Source: a virus. Taken from it: DNA of 64,000 nt. The notes under the pieces were generated by a model. The model was not told the origin of the DNA, did not search any database, and saw nothing but the letters and a program-made list of their open reading frames with translations. Where the stretch lies: IMG/VR virus record IMGVR_UViG_3300005581_000001, positions 33,582 to 97,581 of that record. One strand, 5' to 3'. A program made the translations under genes and the position numbers. Positions within the stretch are counted from its first letter, which is position 1, and each line of letters opens with the position of its first letter. Positions 10,637-21,600 of the stretch are shown piece by piece.

Positions 10637-13600
10637 ATGGCGTGTACAAGAATAGCAATAACAGGTAAATCTGAATCATTATTATTTAATGATATTTATA
10701 GTAAAATAGCAGAATCTAATGAAGAACTAGCTGATAAAATGTTTAGTCATTTTCAAACAGAGTTATTTAAAAAAGATTTTGGAAATTTTGTAGAAGATTA
10801 TAATAACAATGTTATTTCAGATAGAACAGATGAAAATGGTGAGCCTAAGTTGTTTTATAACGAAACCGCTAAGAAACATTATTATTTAAATAAAGATAAA
10901 GAACAAGTGTATTTCCCTCTAGTTGATAGAGGGTTACGCGCTATATGGTCGTATGACCAAATCAATAAAATTAAATCTAGATTAGCGTTAGCTTATTTTA
11001 CTAAATCAAGTGCTAAATTAGATTTTAATAATATTGATTTTAGTGAAATGGAAGCCCTTCCAAGAATTAGTCAATTTATAACTAAAGAAATTAAAGAAAA
11101 AGTTGCTAGTTTAGAAGAAGAAGGTGAATATTTCTCAGCATTAAGCTTATCTGAATCTTTAAATCACATAGATGAACTTTCTGAAAATGTTACTAATTTC
11201 TTTAAAGAAATGAATATTGAGTTAGTTGAAGATGATGCTAATGGAGTTGTGTTAGAAAATGAAGAGGAAGGTAAAGATCCTGTTTTTAATCAAGATTCCG
11301 CAGAAAGAAGTACTAAAAAAAGCGTGAGTACTAATGTTAAATTAAGACTTAGTTTACTTAAAGATAATGAAAATTTAGACCCAATATGGAATGAGCCTAC
11401 ATTTTTAAGTAGAGATATGGTTTATTCTGCATTACAAGGTGTTTTAAGCGATGAAATTGCATTGCCTGGTGAAGATATATTCAATTTACATAAAGATGCT
11501 TTAAATCGCATATTAGCAAAGAAACCTTTTTTAACAGAACTACACGGTTATTTAAATAACCCTGATATAACAGAGAATCAAAAAAGCGAATTCAGTCAAG
11601 CATTTAATTTGATTAAAAATAATCATATAGTGACTCAATTTACTATAAATAAAGACAAGACTGTTTCTCATAGCGTTGTTCAAATATCTGATACTGGTTC
11701 AAAAACTACTCAAATAAAAGAACAATGGGATGAAAATTTTCAGAAAAACTTTTTAGGAGTCACTAATAAATTAAAAGATGGATCTAATGAAAGACTATCT
11801 AAAGGATTAGTGGTTGTAAAAGAATTGTCTAAAAAAATAGAGTCTTTTAAGAAGACTTTAAAAGACAGTTCTGATGAAAATTTAAAAAAGAATGAAGTTG
11901 AATTTGCTGGATTTGTAAATGATATTACAAAAATATTAAAAGTTATAGGCGTAGAAACATCAGAAGATGGTTTTCAAATATACTTAGATAATTTTGGAAA
12001 AGACATTTCCTTACCTTCTATGGTAAATAACCTACAAACACTTGTAGAACAAACAGAATATGTTTTAAAAGGCATAAAAGACAAATACGCTTCTGTATCA
12101 ACTAATTATAGCACATTTATTGGATTATCTCAAACATTAAGTAAATTAGCCTCGGCTGAAGCATTTATGATGTCTGAAGGCTCTGATGCTACTATTTTTA
12201 CAGGTGGTAATCAAAAATGGATTTATTCATATCCATCGTACTTATCAAGTACTATAAAACAATGGAAAAAGAAACCTGAAATGTTAATTAGATTATATAA
12301 GTCTGGTCAATATCAATTAGGTTCTTACTATATGGGAGTATTGTCTGGAACTATTAATAGCAACGGAGATAAGCTTCAATATAATAACAAAGAAGAACAA
12401 ATAGAAGTTTCTAGAAAACTTTTAGATAAAGTTGATTTAGGAGTAATGAATCAAATGAGTACTGAATCTGATTATAAAAAAACAACAGATTTAGCTTATA
12501 AAGACTATTTAACTGATTATATAAATAAGGTAATTTCTGGTGATTTTACTAGAACAACAACTCAAGCTGATAAAACAACTGAATTACAAATTAAATATAA
12601 TTTACCTGTATCTTCTTATAATGGTATAAAAAACGGAAATTTAACTTTAACTAGAAAGACTAAGAAAATATTTTTTGAATATTTTGCTTCTGAGTATCAT
12701 AGAATGCTTGAAGCTAATAAGGAAGTTGAAGACGCAATGTTAGATGGAAGTTTAAAATTAACTCCTCATTATCATTATGTATATAATCCAGAAGCTATTG
12801 AAAACGATCCTTCATATGTGTATAGTAAAAATGGTAACGCTTTTAAATCTCAATATTTTGAAAAATTATCAAAAGATTCTAAAGGTCAAACTCAATTAGA
12901 AAAATCTATAACAGATTTATTATATACTGACGGAAATTTAAATTTTCAAAAAATAGAACGAGGAGCTAATATAGATTTAGATAATTTATTTGACGAATAT
13001 TTAGAAGAAAATTTAGATAAAAGATTTGGTCAAACTATAGCTTATTTACAAAGTTCTGATATATTAGTCAGAAATGAGGCTGGTAATTTAGTACCTAATA
13101 AAATAGACTCTAAAATATTAAATTCTCAATATAAAAATATAAGTGAGTTGCAAAAAGCTTATGCTGTAGCGTCCGACTTTATGGTTAATGGATTAATTCA
13201 GAACATAGAGTATTCTAAAATGTTTACTGGCGATGTTGCTTTTTATAAGAATATGATTGATTATAAAAAACGTGTGCCAGCAACATATACTGATGGATTA
13301 CAATTAAGAGTTAACGAGTGGAATGAAACATTTAAAATAGCTACTATTCAAAGTGTAATGCGAACATCTCCTTTTTACGATAAATTAGTAGAAGATCTTG
13401 GAGAGGTTGGCGCAAAACCTTATGAAAAAATTAATAGTGCAGATGCGCAAGCTTGGATAACTCCAAAAAGATGGAAGTTTTTAATTAAATCTTTAGGTAA
13501 ATGGACTACTGGAAAAGATAGTCACGAGTCAGTTTATCGTAAAATGATGGACGATTCTGAAGAAGGTGTTATATATAGTCAAAAAGAATTAAAACTGGCA

Positions 13601-16600
13601 GCACAACCTTTGAAAGGCGTTTATTTTTATAGAGACAAACAAGGTAAGCCAGTTTATTTAAAATATTCTCAAGCCATAATGTCTCACGCATTAGTAAAGG
13701 GTTCTGATTTAGAAAGATTATTCAATAAAATGTCTTCTGAGCAAATAGATGAGGTTATTACTTTTGATGGCGTTAAAGTAGGATCTATTGAGCCAACTAA
13801 AATTCACGATGAAGGTGGAAACATAAAAGAAGATTTCCAACTTAATTCTCAAACTTTATATAATAGAGGTTGGAAGCTTCAACAAGACTTACCAACTAAA
13901 ACATTTAAAGATACTGCCGTAGGTTCTCAAATACAAAAAAATATATTTGCTGGATTGTTACATAATCAAGAACTTGGAAATTTTGAATTAGACGGACAAT
14001 TATACACTGGTAGAAATATAATTGATAAAATTGTAGAAACAGTTACTGGATTAACAAATAATGGTCTTCAATCATTAAAAGAAGAATTCAAAATAAGTGA
14101 TGATTTTAAAATAGGTGATATTTCTGGATTTTATAATACATTAATAGATGAATTGAAAAAAAGAGGTGGTTCTGATAATGTCATTAAAGCTTTAAAAGCC
14201 CAAACTACAATTATAGGAATACCACAATCTTCCAGCAAATTATTTAACATATTTGCTGCTGTAATGAATAGTCGATTAGTTAAAATAAAAACTAATGGAG
14301 GTTCATTTATTCAGATGTCTAATTTTGGAATGAATAAAACAGAGGTTGAAGGTAAAGGAGTTAGATGGTCTCCATTAGCAGACGAAACTACTAATGAACC
14401 ATACATTTATATTCATCCAGAAATTTTAAGACCAACAGTTAAACCTGGCGGAGTTTTAATATCTGGAGCGTTTTTATCTAAATACATTCCTGGTTGGAAT
14501 AAAGAGGATAAGGATGGTCATAAATTCACAAATGAAGAATTATTTGTTAGTTATAATGGCGGAGAACCAATTATTAGTAAAAAAATACAAGAAAATATTA
14601 TTGGATATCGTATTCCAAATCAGGGATTAGCTTCTAATGATGCTTTAAGAATTGTTGGAATATTACCAGAATCTTCTGGAGATACTATTGTAGCATATAC
14701 TGGTATTACAACTAAAACTGGTTCGGATTTTGATGTTGATAAAATGTATATAATGTTTCCTGCTGTAATAAGAAAAGAAAACAGTAAACTTTTAGAATAC
14801 GTTGATTATGATGAAAATAATATAACTAAAAAAGGTCTTCAAAACAGACTTATAGAATTATACAAATCTGTACTAACTAATACTGATGTTCATAAAGAGG
14901 TAATGAAGCCTATTGATATAGATTTTATAGAAAAAGAGCTTAACGCTTTATATCCTGAAAAATCAACAATATTTATGAATGCTTTTGATCCTGAAGTTGA
15001 TACTAAACTAAGATATTCATTTTTAGGTGGTAAAGCTGGAGTCGGTCAAGAAGCTAATGCTTTAGTTGATATTAGTAGAGAAGGTAGTTTATCCTTGTAT
15101 GATGTTAAAAGTATATTATGGGGCAATCACAATGAATTAGGAGAGTCTAAATTTGATGATGAATTTTCAGAAGAATTATCTGAAAAAGATTTAGATTATT
15201 ACGTTAACGATATGGTTAAAAATGACACTTCTAATGAAAAGAAAGAAGCTCTCAAAAATGCTTTACGTAAAGTTAAAGTTGGAGATTCATTAACAGCTAT
15301 TCTTAATGCATTTGTTGATATAGCAAAAGATCCATATATATCTAAAGGTAATTGGACGCTATCTACTACAAATGTAGGTAATATGCTTTTAAGACTAGGA
15401 GCTCATCCGTTATATGTTATTAATTTCTTAGCAAACCCTATAATTAAGCAACACGTAGATTTTCAAAAATCTAAAGAAAGTTTAACTGAAGGAACAGATA
15501 CTGGAGATAGTATTGAAAAATTTAAAAAACAAATAGTTATTGACGCTTTAAGTAAAGTAAAAGATTATAATTTAGATTTAGGTCAACTATATAAAGATTA
15601 TTTTAATAAGCTTAATATAGACTATAAGAAAACTAGATTACAACAACTATATGATCACAATGAAATATCTATAGATGAATTTACAACAAGAACATCTGAA
15701 GTAGATACTTTATTTGATACAACTTTTAAATCGTTAGTTAAAAAATTAAAAGTATCTGATGATGTTTTGAATAGTATTGTAGATAATATGAAGAAACAGC
15801 ATGAAATAGCTTTTGCGCCTAATAAATTAAATATATTTGACAACAAAAGTCTACAGTGGAATGAGTATTTGTTAAATTTAGAGTACTTTAGAAATCAAAT
15901 TAAAACCAAAACACCAAATATTAATTTTCAAATAAATCTACTTAATACTTTTAAAGAAATGCAAGAGTATAGTAAGAATGTTAGAGAGAATGTAATGGTG
16001 TCTAAATTAGATACTGATGGAATGGGGAAAAGCCATAACGACTTATTCTCACTACTTAATTTAAAAGAACAAGTTTTAGGTAAGGTTGAAAATGGTATAA
16101 AGGGCTCTATTAAAGGGTTTGAAACTAAATTTCAAGGTACAACATTAGAAGCTTATTTAAATAGCTTAGAATGGGTTAAAAACGTAGTTCAAAGCAATCC
16201 TTTGCTATTTCCTACAGGAACAGACCAAGTTCAGGGAATTTTTAACGAAGTTTCAAATGACTTGTATGGTGGAAAATTGACAAATGAAGATTTAATAACT
16301 AAATTATCAAAAGAGTACAATACTTATGCGTTAAGTAAATTCTTTGATTTATCTAAAGAAGATACTGCTGATTTGTTAAATGATTTTCCATTAAGGTTAA
16401 AACAGTTTTCTGATGCTAATAAAAGTAAATATTTTTTATTAGATGAACTAAATGTTAAAATTAGTAAATCAAAAGTTTATGGTTCTAGTGTATTTTTAAA
16501 TAATAGAAAAAAATCATCTTCTTACGAAACTTTATTTACAAATTCTTGGAGAGATTTAATCATCGACAATCCAAAATTATCTGAAGACTTAATTAAATAT

Positions 16601-18124
16601 TCTTTTGCTACTTCAGGTTTTCAAATGAATGTTAATCAATTTTTTACATACATACCAGCTGAATATTTTATACAGAAAGACATTAACAATTCTGTTAGTA
16701 AATTTATAGAAGGTAATCAGCAAGATTTCTTAGATAAATTCTACCTAAATAATCTAAATGATAAAAAATTAGTTAGGAAAGTCTTTAAAAATAATGTAGA
16801 AAGCTTAACTGGAAAAATAGATGAAGGATTTATTATATTAGAACCAGGAAAGGCTAGGTATTATGTAGAACTTGAAACGCAACAATCTCAAGAGCAACTT
16901 GAAAATAATGTAACTCCATTACCTAAATATTATAAGTTAATTGGCTATGATTCTGAAGAAAGAGGTGTTTATAAAAGAATAGCTGAAACTTCGTATAAAT
17001 TAAACAAAAAGAATCTTAATAATTACACAGATACTAGCGAGCTAGTTACTGATGAATCTCTTAGGTTGCAAAGTTTAGTTGTTAGTGATAGACAAAAAGC
17101 TACTGTTGTTCCGTCAAATTATACTCTTATTCCAAGTATTGTCTTTGAAGAAAAAAATAACAATAAGAAATCAATAAATATTTACGCAGGAACTAATGAA
17201 AACGCAAGTTTAAGTAATTTTGCGATTAGACCTTTTAAAATAGATTATGGAGGAACTTTATCTGAATTTGATTCTGTAGAACAAGCTTTTCAAGCTACTA
17301 AATTAGAATACTCTCAACCAAGTGATTTTAATTATGATTTAGAAGGAAAAATATTAAATTCTAAATCTCAAAGTGAAATAAAAAAACTTGGAAGATTATT
17401 TAAAGGATTAGATGTTGAAAAATGGAACGAAGATTCTTCTAAAATTATGAAAAGATTTATATTAGAATCATTTAAACAAAATCCTTTAGCATTAAAAGAA
17501 CTTTTAAATACTGGAGATTCTAATTTAACTCATACGCAAGATAAAGGTAGTTGGGGAAAAGAATTTCCTAGATTGCTAATGGAGGTTAGAAAAGAATTAA
17601 CTCCTGAAAATTTTTCTTATAATGAGAATCAAGTAGAAATCAGGTTTGATAATGAAAATACAAATAAGGTTGAGTATTTTAAAGGGTTCTGGAATAGAGT
17701 AGATATTGAAAAACAAACCGATAAAGTATTTTTATTTGGAGATAATACTGATGATAGATTAGTAACTAAATATGTTCCTGCTTCTACGCAAGCTGTTATT
17801 AGAGGATTGCCTAATGCTATAGGCATAGATACTAAAAAAAATAGAGGAACTTCTATTAAAAGTTATTTTACTGATTCTGATTTTAACATATTCAAACAAC
17901 AAGTTGACGAAGCAATTCAGAAAGCTAAAGATAGTGGTAAGATAATAGTAATTCCTGAAGACGGAATAGGAACAGGTAAAGCAATGTTAAAAGAAAAAGC
18001 TCCTAAATTATTTAGTTATCTTGAAGAACAATTAAATTTACTAAAAAATTCCGAAATTGAAATAGATGAAGATTTTAATTTAGACTCAATAGATTATGGA
18101 AATCCTGATATGGATTGTATTTAA
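10637..18124 (+). CDS. Virion-packaged DNA-dependent RNA polymerase (crAss-like), 2495 aa, with C-terminal NADAR and macro-like domains
   Basis: Catalytic GSDFDVDK (DFDVD at 14726-14740) after GYRIPNQG; also KRVPA and DAQAWIT motifs. NADAR motifs at ~17170-17600; VFLFGDN...GIGTG domain at ~17660-18045. Confidence 0.9.
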   Translation: MACTRIAITGKSESLLFNDIYSKIAESNEELADKMFSHFQTELFKKDFGNFVEDYNNNVISDRTDENGEPKLFYNETAKKHYYLNKDKEQVYFPLVDRGLRAIWSYDQINKIKSRLALAYFTKSSAKLDFNNIDFSEMEALPRISQFITKEIKEKVASLEEEGEYFSALSLSESLNHIDELSENVTNFFKEMNIELVEDDANGVVLENEEEGKDPVFNQDSAERSTKKSVSTNVKLRLSLLKDNENLDPIWNEPTFLSRDMVYSALQGVLSDEIALPGEDIFNLHKDALNRILAKKPFLTELHGYLNNPDITENQKSEFSQAFNLIKNNHIVTQFTINKDKTVSHSVVQISDTGSKTTQIKEQWDENFQKNFLGVTNKLKDGSNERLSKGLVVVKELSKKIESFKKTLKDSSDENLKKNEVEFAGFVNDITKILKVIGVETSEDGFQIYLDNFGKDISLPSMVNNLQTLVEQTEYVLKGIKDKYASVSTNYSTFIGLSQTLSKLASAEAFMMSEGSDATIFTGGNQKWIYSYPSYLSSTIKQWKKKPEMLIRLYKSGQYQLGSYYMGVLSGTINSNGDKLQYNNKEEQIEVSRKLLDKVDLGVMNQMSTESDYKKTTDLAYKDYLTDYINKVISGDFTRTTTQADKTTELQIKYNLPVSSYNGIKNGNLTLTRKTKKIFFEYFASEYHRMLEANKEVEDAMLDGSLKLTPHYHYVYNPEAIENDPSYVYSKNGNAFKSQYFEKLSKDSKGQTQLEKSITDLLYTDGNLNFQKIERGANIDLDNLFDEYLEENLDKRFGQTIAYLQSSDILVRNEAGNLVPNKIDSKILNSQYKNISELQKAYAVASDFMVNGLIQNIEYSKMFTGDVAFYKNMIDYKKRVPATYTDGLQLRVNEWNETFKIATIQSVMRTSPFYDKLVEDLGEVGAKPYEKINSADAQAWITPKRWKFLIKSLGKWTTGKDSHESVYRKMMDDSEEGVIYSQKELKLAAQPLKGVYFYRDKQGKPVYLKYSQAIMSHALVKGSDLERLFNKMSSEQIDEVITFDGVKVGSIEPTKIHDEGGNIKEDFQLNSQTLYNRGWKLQQDLPTKTFKDTAVGSQIQKNIFAGLLHNQELGNFELDGQLYTGRNIIDKIVETVTGLTNNGLQSLKEEFKISDDFKIGDISGFYNTLIDELKKRGGSDNVIKALKAQTTIIGIPQSSSKLFNIFAAVMNSRLVKIKTNGGSFIQMSNFGMNKTEVEGKGVRWSPLADETTNEPYIYIHPEILRPTVKPGGVLISGAFLSKYIPGWNKEDKDGHKFTNEELFVSYNGGEPIISKKIQENIIGYRIPNQGLASNDALRIVGILPESSGDTIVAYTGITTKTGSDFDVDKMYIMFPAVIRKENSKLLEYVDYDENNITKKGLQNRLIELYKSVLTNTDVHKEVMKPIDIDFIEKELNALYPEKSTIFMNAFDPEVDTKLRYSFLGGKAGVGQEANALVDISREGSLSLYDVKSILWGNHNELGESKFDDEFSEELSEKDLDYYVNDMVKNDTSNEKKEALKNALRKVKVGDSLTAILNAFVDIAKDPYISKGNWTLSTTNVGNMLLRLGAHPLYVINFLANPIIKQHVDFQKSKESLTEGTDTGDSIEKFKKQIVIDALSKVKDYNLDLGQLYKDYFNKLNIDYKKTRLQQLYDHNEISIDEFTTRTSEVDTLFDTTFKSLVKKLKVSDDVLNSIVDNMKKQHEIAFAPNKLNIFDNKSLQWNEYLLNLEYFRNQIKTKTPNINFQINLLNTFKEMQEYSKNVRENVMVSKLDTDGMGKSHNDLFSLLNLKEQVLGKVENGIKGSIKGFETKFQGTTLEAYLNSLEWVKNVVQSNPLLFPTGTDQVQGIFNEVSNDLYGGKLTNEDLITKLSKEYNTYALSKFFDLSKEDTADLLNDFPLRLKQFSDANKSKYFLLDELNVKISKSKVYGSSVFLNNRKKSSSYETLFTNSWRDLIIDNPKLSEDLIKYSFATSGFQMNVNQFFTYIPAEYFIQKDINNSVSKFIEGNQQDFLDKFYLNNLNDKKLVRKVFKNNVESLTGKIDEGFIILEPGKARYYVELETQQSQEQLENNVTPLPKYYKLIGYDSEERGVYKRIAETSYKLNKKNLNNYTDTSELVTDESLRLQSLVVSDRQKATVVPSNYTLIPSIVFEEKNNNKKSINIYAGTNENASLSNFAIRPFKIDYGGTLSEFDSVEQAFQATKLEYSQPSDFNYDLEGKILNSKSQSEIKKLGRLFKGLDVEKWNEDSSKIMKRFILESFKQNPLALKELLNTGDSNLTHTQDKGSWGKEFPRLLMEVRKELTPENFSYNENQVEIRFDNENTNKVEYFKGFWNRVDIEKQTDKVFLFGDNTDDRLVTKYVPASTQAVIRGLPNAIGIDTKKNRGTSIKSYFTDSDFNIFKQQVDEAIQKAKDSGKIIVIPEDGIGTGKAMLKEKAPKLFSYLEEQLNLLKNSEIEIDEDFNLDSIDYGNPDMDCI

Positions 18125-18141
18125 TAAATAAAATAAAGAAT

Positions 18142-18624
18142 ATGAAATTTATAACACAAGAAGTAATTGATTTACTTAATTACAGAATTCAACAAGAACA
18201 GTACAGTTCTAAAGTTTACGAGCAAATGGCTCAATGGTTACAAAATGCATCTTTTCTTAACTGCGCAAAAGTTTGGGATAAATTTTCTAAAGAAGAATTA
18301 GAACATTCTGAAATAGCCAAAGATTACCTTCTATCATTTAATATAATGCCTGAGTTAATGGTAATTGAGGAGCCTGTAAATGACTTTACTTGTCTATGCG
18401 ATGTAATAGAGAAAACATTTGACCACGAAGTTCTAATCACTCAACAATGCTTAGATTTAACTAAAAAAGCATTTGAATTACAAGATTGGACGTTATTTGC
18501 TTTAGGTCAAAAATATAATGAAATTCAAAGAGTTGAAATGGATGAAGTTTATTCATTAGTTGATATTTCTAAATTAACAACAGATATGCTTATATTAGAT
18601 AAATATATAGGTGATAATTTCTAA
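18142..18624 (+). CDS. Ferritin-like protein (FtnA-type)
   Basis: LNYRIQQEQYSSKVY, EELEH, HEVLIT and Q..E ferroxidase-like residues in ~160 aa. ATG 18142 preferred over the track start 18115. Confidence 0.8.
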   Translation: MKFITQEVIDLLNYRIQQEQYSSKVYEQMAQWLQNASFLNCAKVWDKFSKEELEHSEIAKDYLLSFNIMPELMVIEEPVNDFTCLCDVIEKTFDHEVLITQQCLDLTKKAFELQDWTLFALGQKYNEIQRVEMDEVYSLVDISKLTTDMLILDKYIGDNF

Positions 18625-18632
18625 AAATAATC

Positions 18633-18660
18633 AAGGGCTTATTAATTTAAGCCCTTTAAT
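18633..18660 (+). terminator. Hairpin / weak terminator after the ferritin gene
   Basis: AAGGGCTTA-ttaatt-TAAGCCCTT, then TAATTT. Confidence 0.5.
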
Positions 18661-18674
18661 TTAAAATATAAACA

Positions 18675-21600
18675 ATGAGTTGTACGTTCAGTTATGTTGA
18701 AAAAGCTTTAAGAGAGACGAATCCTATAGAAGCTGATAGATTAAACGAGAAAGGAATAGAAACTTGGAAGGCAATTAAAAACTCTAAGTTATTTACTTTA
18801 AACAAGAATAAACAATATATATTTAGTAAAGAAGGAACTAAACAAAGAATCAGGCAAGATAAATTCATTAATGATATAAATGAAAATGAATTTATATCAA
18901 ATAAAAATAATGAAATTAATGTTAATTTATTAAAATTATCAACACCGTTAGTTGTTGTTAAAAAAGATTTATCTGAATTTGTTGATGAATCAAAACCATT
19001 AGCTATTCAAGAATCTGTAAATGTTCCTTCTGTAAATAGAACATTTGAAACTAATAAAAAACTATTATTTGGTAATGACGATATAAATAAATCTCATTTA
19101 GCTAAAGATGTTTTACAAAATATTATAGACTCTAATTTAGACTTTTCTAGAGCTGGAATTGATTTAATATTTAAAGCTATTAATTTAGTAGGTAAAGCTA
19201 ATTCTAGAGTAAAAATTATTAGTCAAGAACGTTTTGATGAATTATCTAAAAATACTCCAGGAGAAGGCTCTGCAGTAATGGCTTATGATTCAAACTTTAA
19301 TACAATATATACTACATCTGAAAATTTATCTAAATTTAGAACTGAAGATATATTAGAAGCTTTTCTTCACGAAGTAGCTCATAATTTAAGTATAAAAGCT
19401 ATTGTTAATCCTGAAACTTGGGCTGAAAAAGATTTTAATGCATTTATTAAGAAAGCATTTGAACAATATAAATATTTAGCTGAAAAGGCAGGTTCTAAAA
19501 GTTATGGTTTTACAAATGAAAAAGAATTTGTTGCTGAAATATATGCCAATGCCAAATTTCAACAAGAACTTATTGATTTAGATAATAGTCTTTGGAAAAA
19601 ATTTAAAGACTATCTTAGAAGATTATTAGATTTACCAAAATCTTTAGCTAATGAAGAGTTAATAAATAGTATTTTATTAATTGAAAAAGTTGAAGGATTT
19701 ATAGAAAATAGCGAAGTTTCTTCTAAAATAACTAACTTTAACGAAGTTATGTTTAAAAAAGTAGAAGAAGTTAAAAACATTGAATTAGAAACTTTGTCAA
19801 AACAAGTTCAACATACTATAGACAAGTCTATAGATAGAATTACTCAGCTTATAAAAAGAACTAAATCTTCTAAAAATGCTAAAAATAAAGAAGAAAGAGC
19901 TAAATTTATAAAAGGATTTGAAGAGTTATTAGAAGAGATTAAAAGCCTTGAAAAAAATAATCAATGGAAAGCTATCACTTCATATACAAAGTCCTTTAGT
20001 TCTGCTGTAAATAGCCTTAATAATAACTTAAAAAAAGTATTTAGAACTAGTTCAGTAACTCATAATAAGATTACATATTCTTTTTCTGAAAATGAAATGT
20101 TTAAACCTACTAGTGATGGTCAAAAATATGTTATAGCTGAAGATCTTTATGAAAAATACAAAGATGTTGAAAGTGTAAAACAATTAATGGCAAAAAACCT
20201 TCTAGATATTAATGATGATTTGTATGATATTTTAGATAATAAATCTAATAAAGATATAGGAACTCAAGAAATGCTAGAGACTGTTAATAGTTATGATGAA
20301 TATCTTTCAGCTTATGATTTATTAGACGAAATAAATTCTTTAATAAAGAGAAGTCAAAATGATTCTAATTTAGATAGAAAAGCTAAAATTCAAATAGCTG
20401 AAATAAAAAATACATTGAGTGGATTGGAGCAAAATCATAAAGCACTTGTAGCTGGATTTTTAAATGTAAAAAAATCTTATGCTATAAACTTATTTGCAAG
20501 ACCAGAAAATAACACTAAAATAGTTAATATTTGGAAAAATAAAATATATGCAGAATATGTAAAGTCTGGCATTAAATCAGAAACTAAAGAAGAATATTTT
20601 GGAAGAATGATTTCTACTAAATATAAAGAAGCGTATAAAGATGCGTTATTAGAAGATGCTGGAAAAATAGTTTACGATCCATATTTTGATATATCTTCCG
20701 CAGTTTCAAAAGTTTCCGATTTATTAAATATAAATTCCCCTTTAATAAATTTAATGTCAAATGTAATAAGTAAAGTAAGGGATTCTATAATTGCAAAATA
20801 CCACGACAAACAATTTGAAATGTCTAAAGTTTTTGAAAAATATTCTAAAAAATATGGTCAAAATAGTCAATCTAAAATGTTTGGGAATATAGTTCAGTTA
20901 AGCAAAAACGGAACTTATTATTTAAAAAGCGAATATAGTACTGATTTTTTAGATTCTGTAGAAAATGAATTATATCCTATATTAAACGAAATTAAAGAAG
21001 CTATTGCATCCCATGAAGGGTTTTTTGGAAATCAAAAAGAGCTTAGAAAACAACTTAGAGCCGACGAAGAATATCAAGCATTAAGAAAGAAAAGAGCAGC
21101 TTGGTTTAAAGAACATACTGTTGTTGTAAATAATTCTACTCAGCCAAGAATGAAGTATCGAAACAAAGAACTATCTAAAGAAGAATTGGAGTTAGTTACT
21201 TATTTTAGGTCTGAAACTGAAAAAAACAATAAAGATTCTTATGATGGTAAAATGAGTTTAATAAGAAAAACTTATGGAGCAGTCTATTATAAATTACCTT
21301 CTATAACAAAAAGTGATTTAGAAAGAACATTAGAAGGAGATATTAAAGGTCAATTTAAAGACAAATGGACTGACTTAACTAAAACTAAAGCTGATGATAT
21401 AAACTATGGAAAAGCTATAGGTAAAGATAATAGAGAAAAGAACGTTATAAAGATAGGTTACAGATCTAAGGTTGATTCAAAAGAACAATCATTAGACTTA
21501 TTTACTGTTTACAGAAAAGAAGCTTTAAACGCGATAAATTATCAAGAAAAAAAGTCTAAAGAAAATGAACTTAAATTATTTGTAGATATTGCAAAAGATA

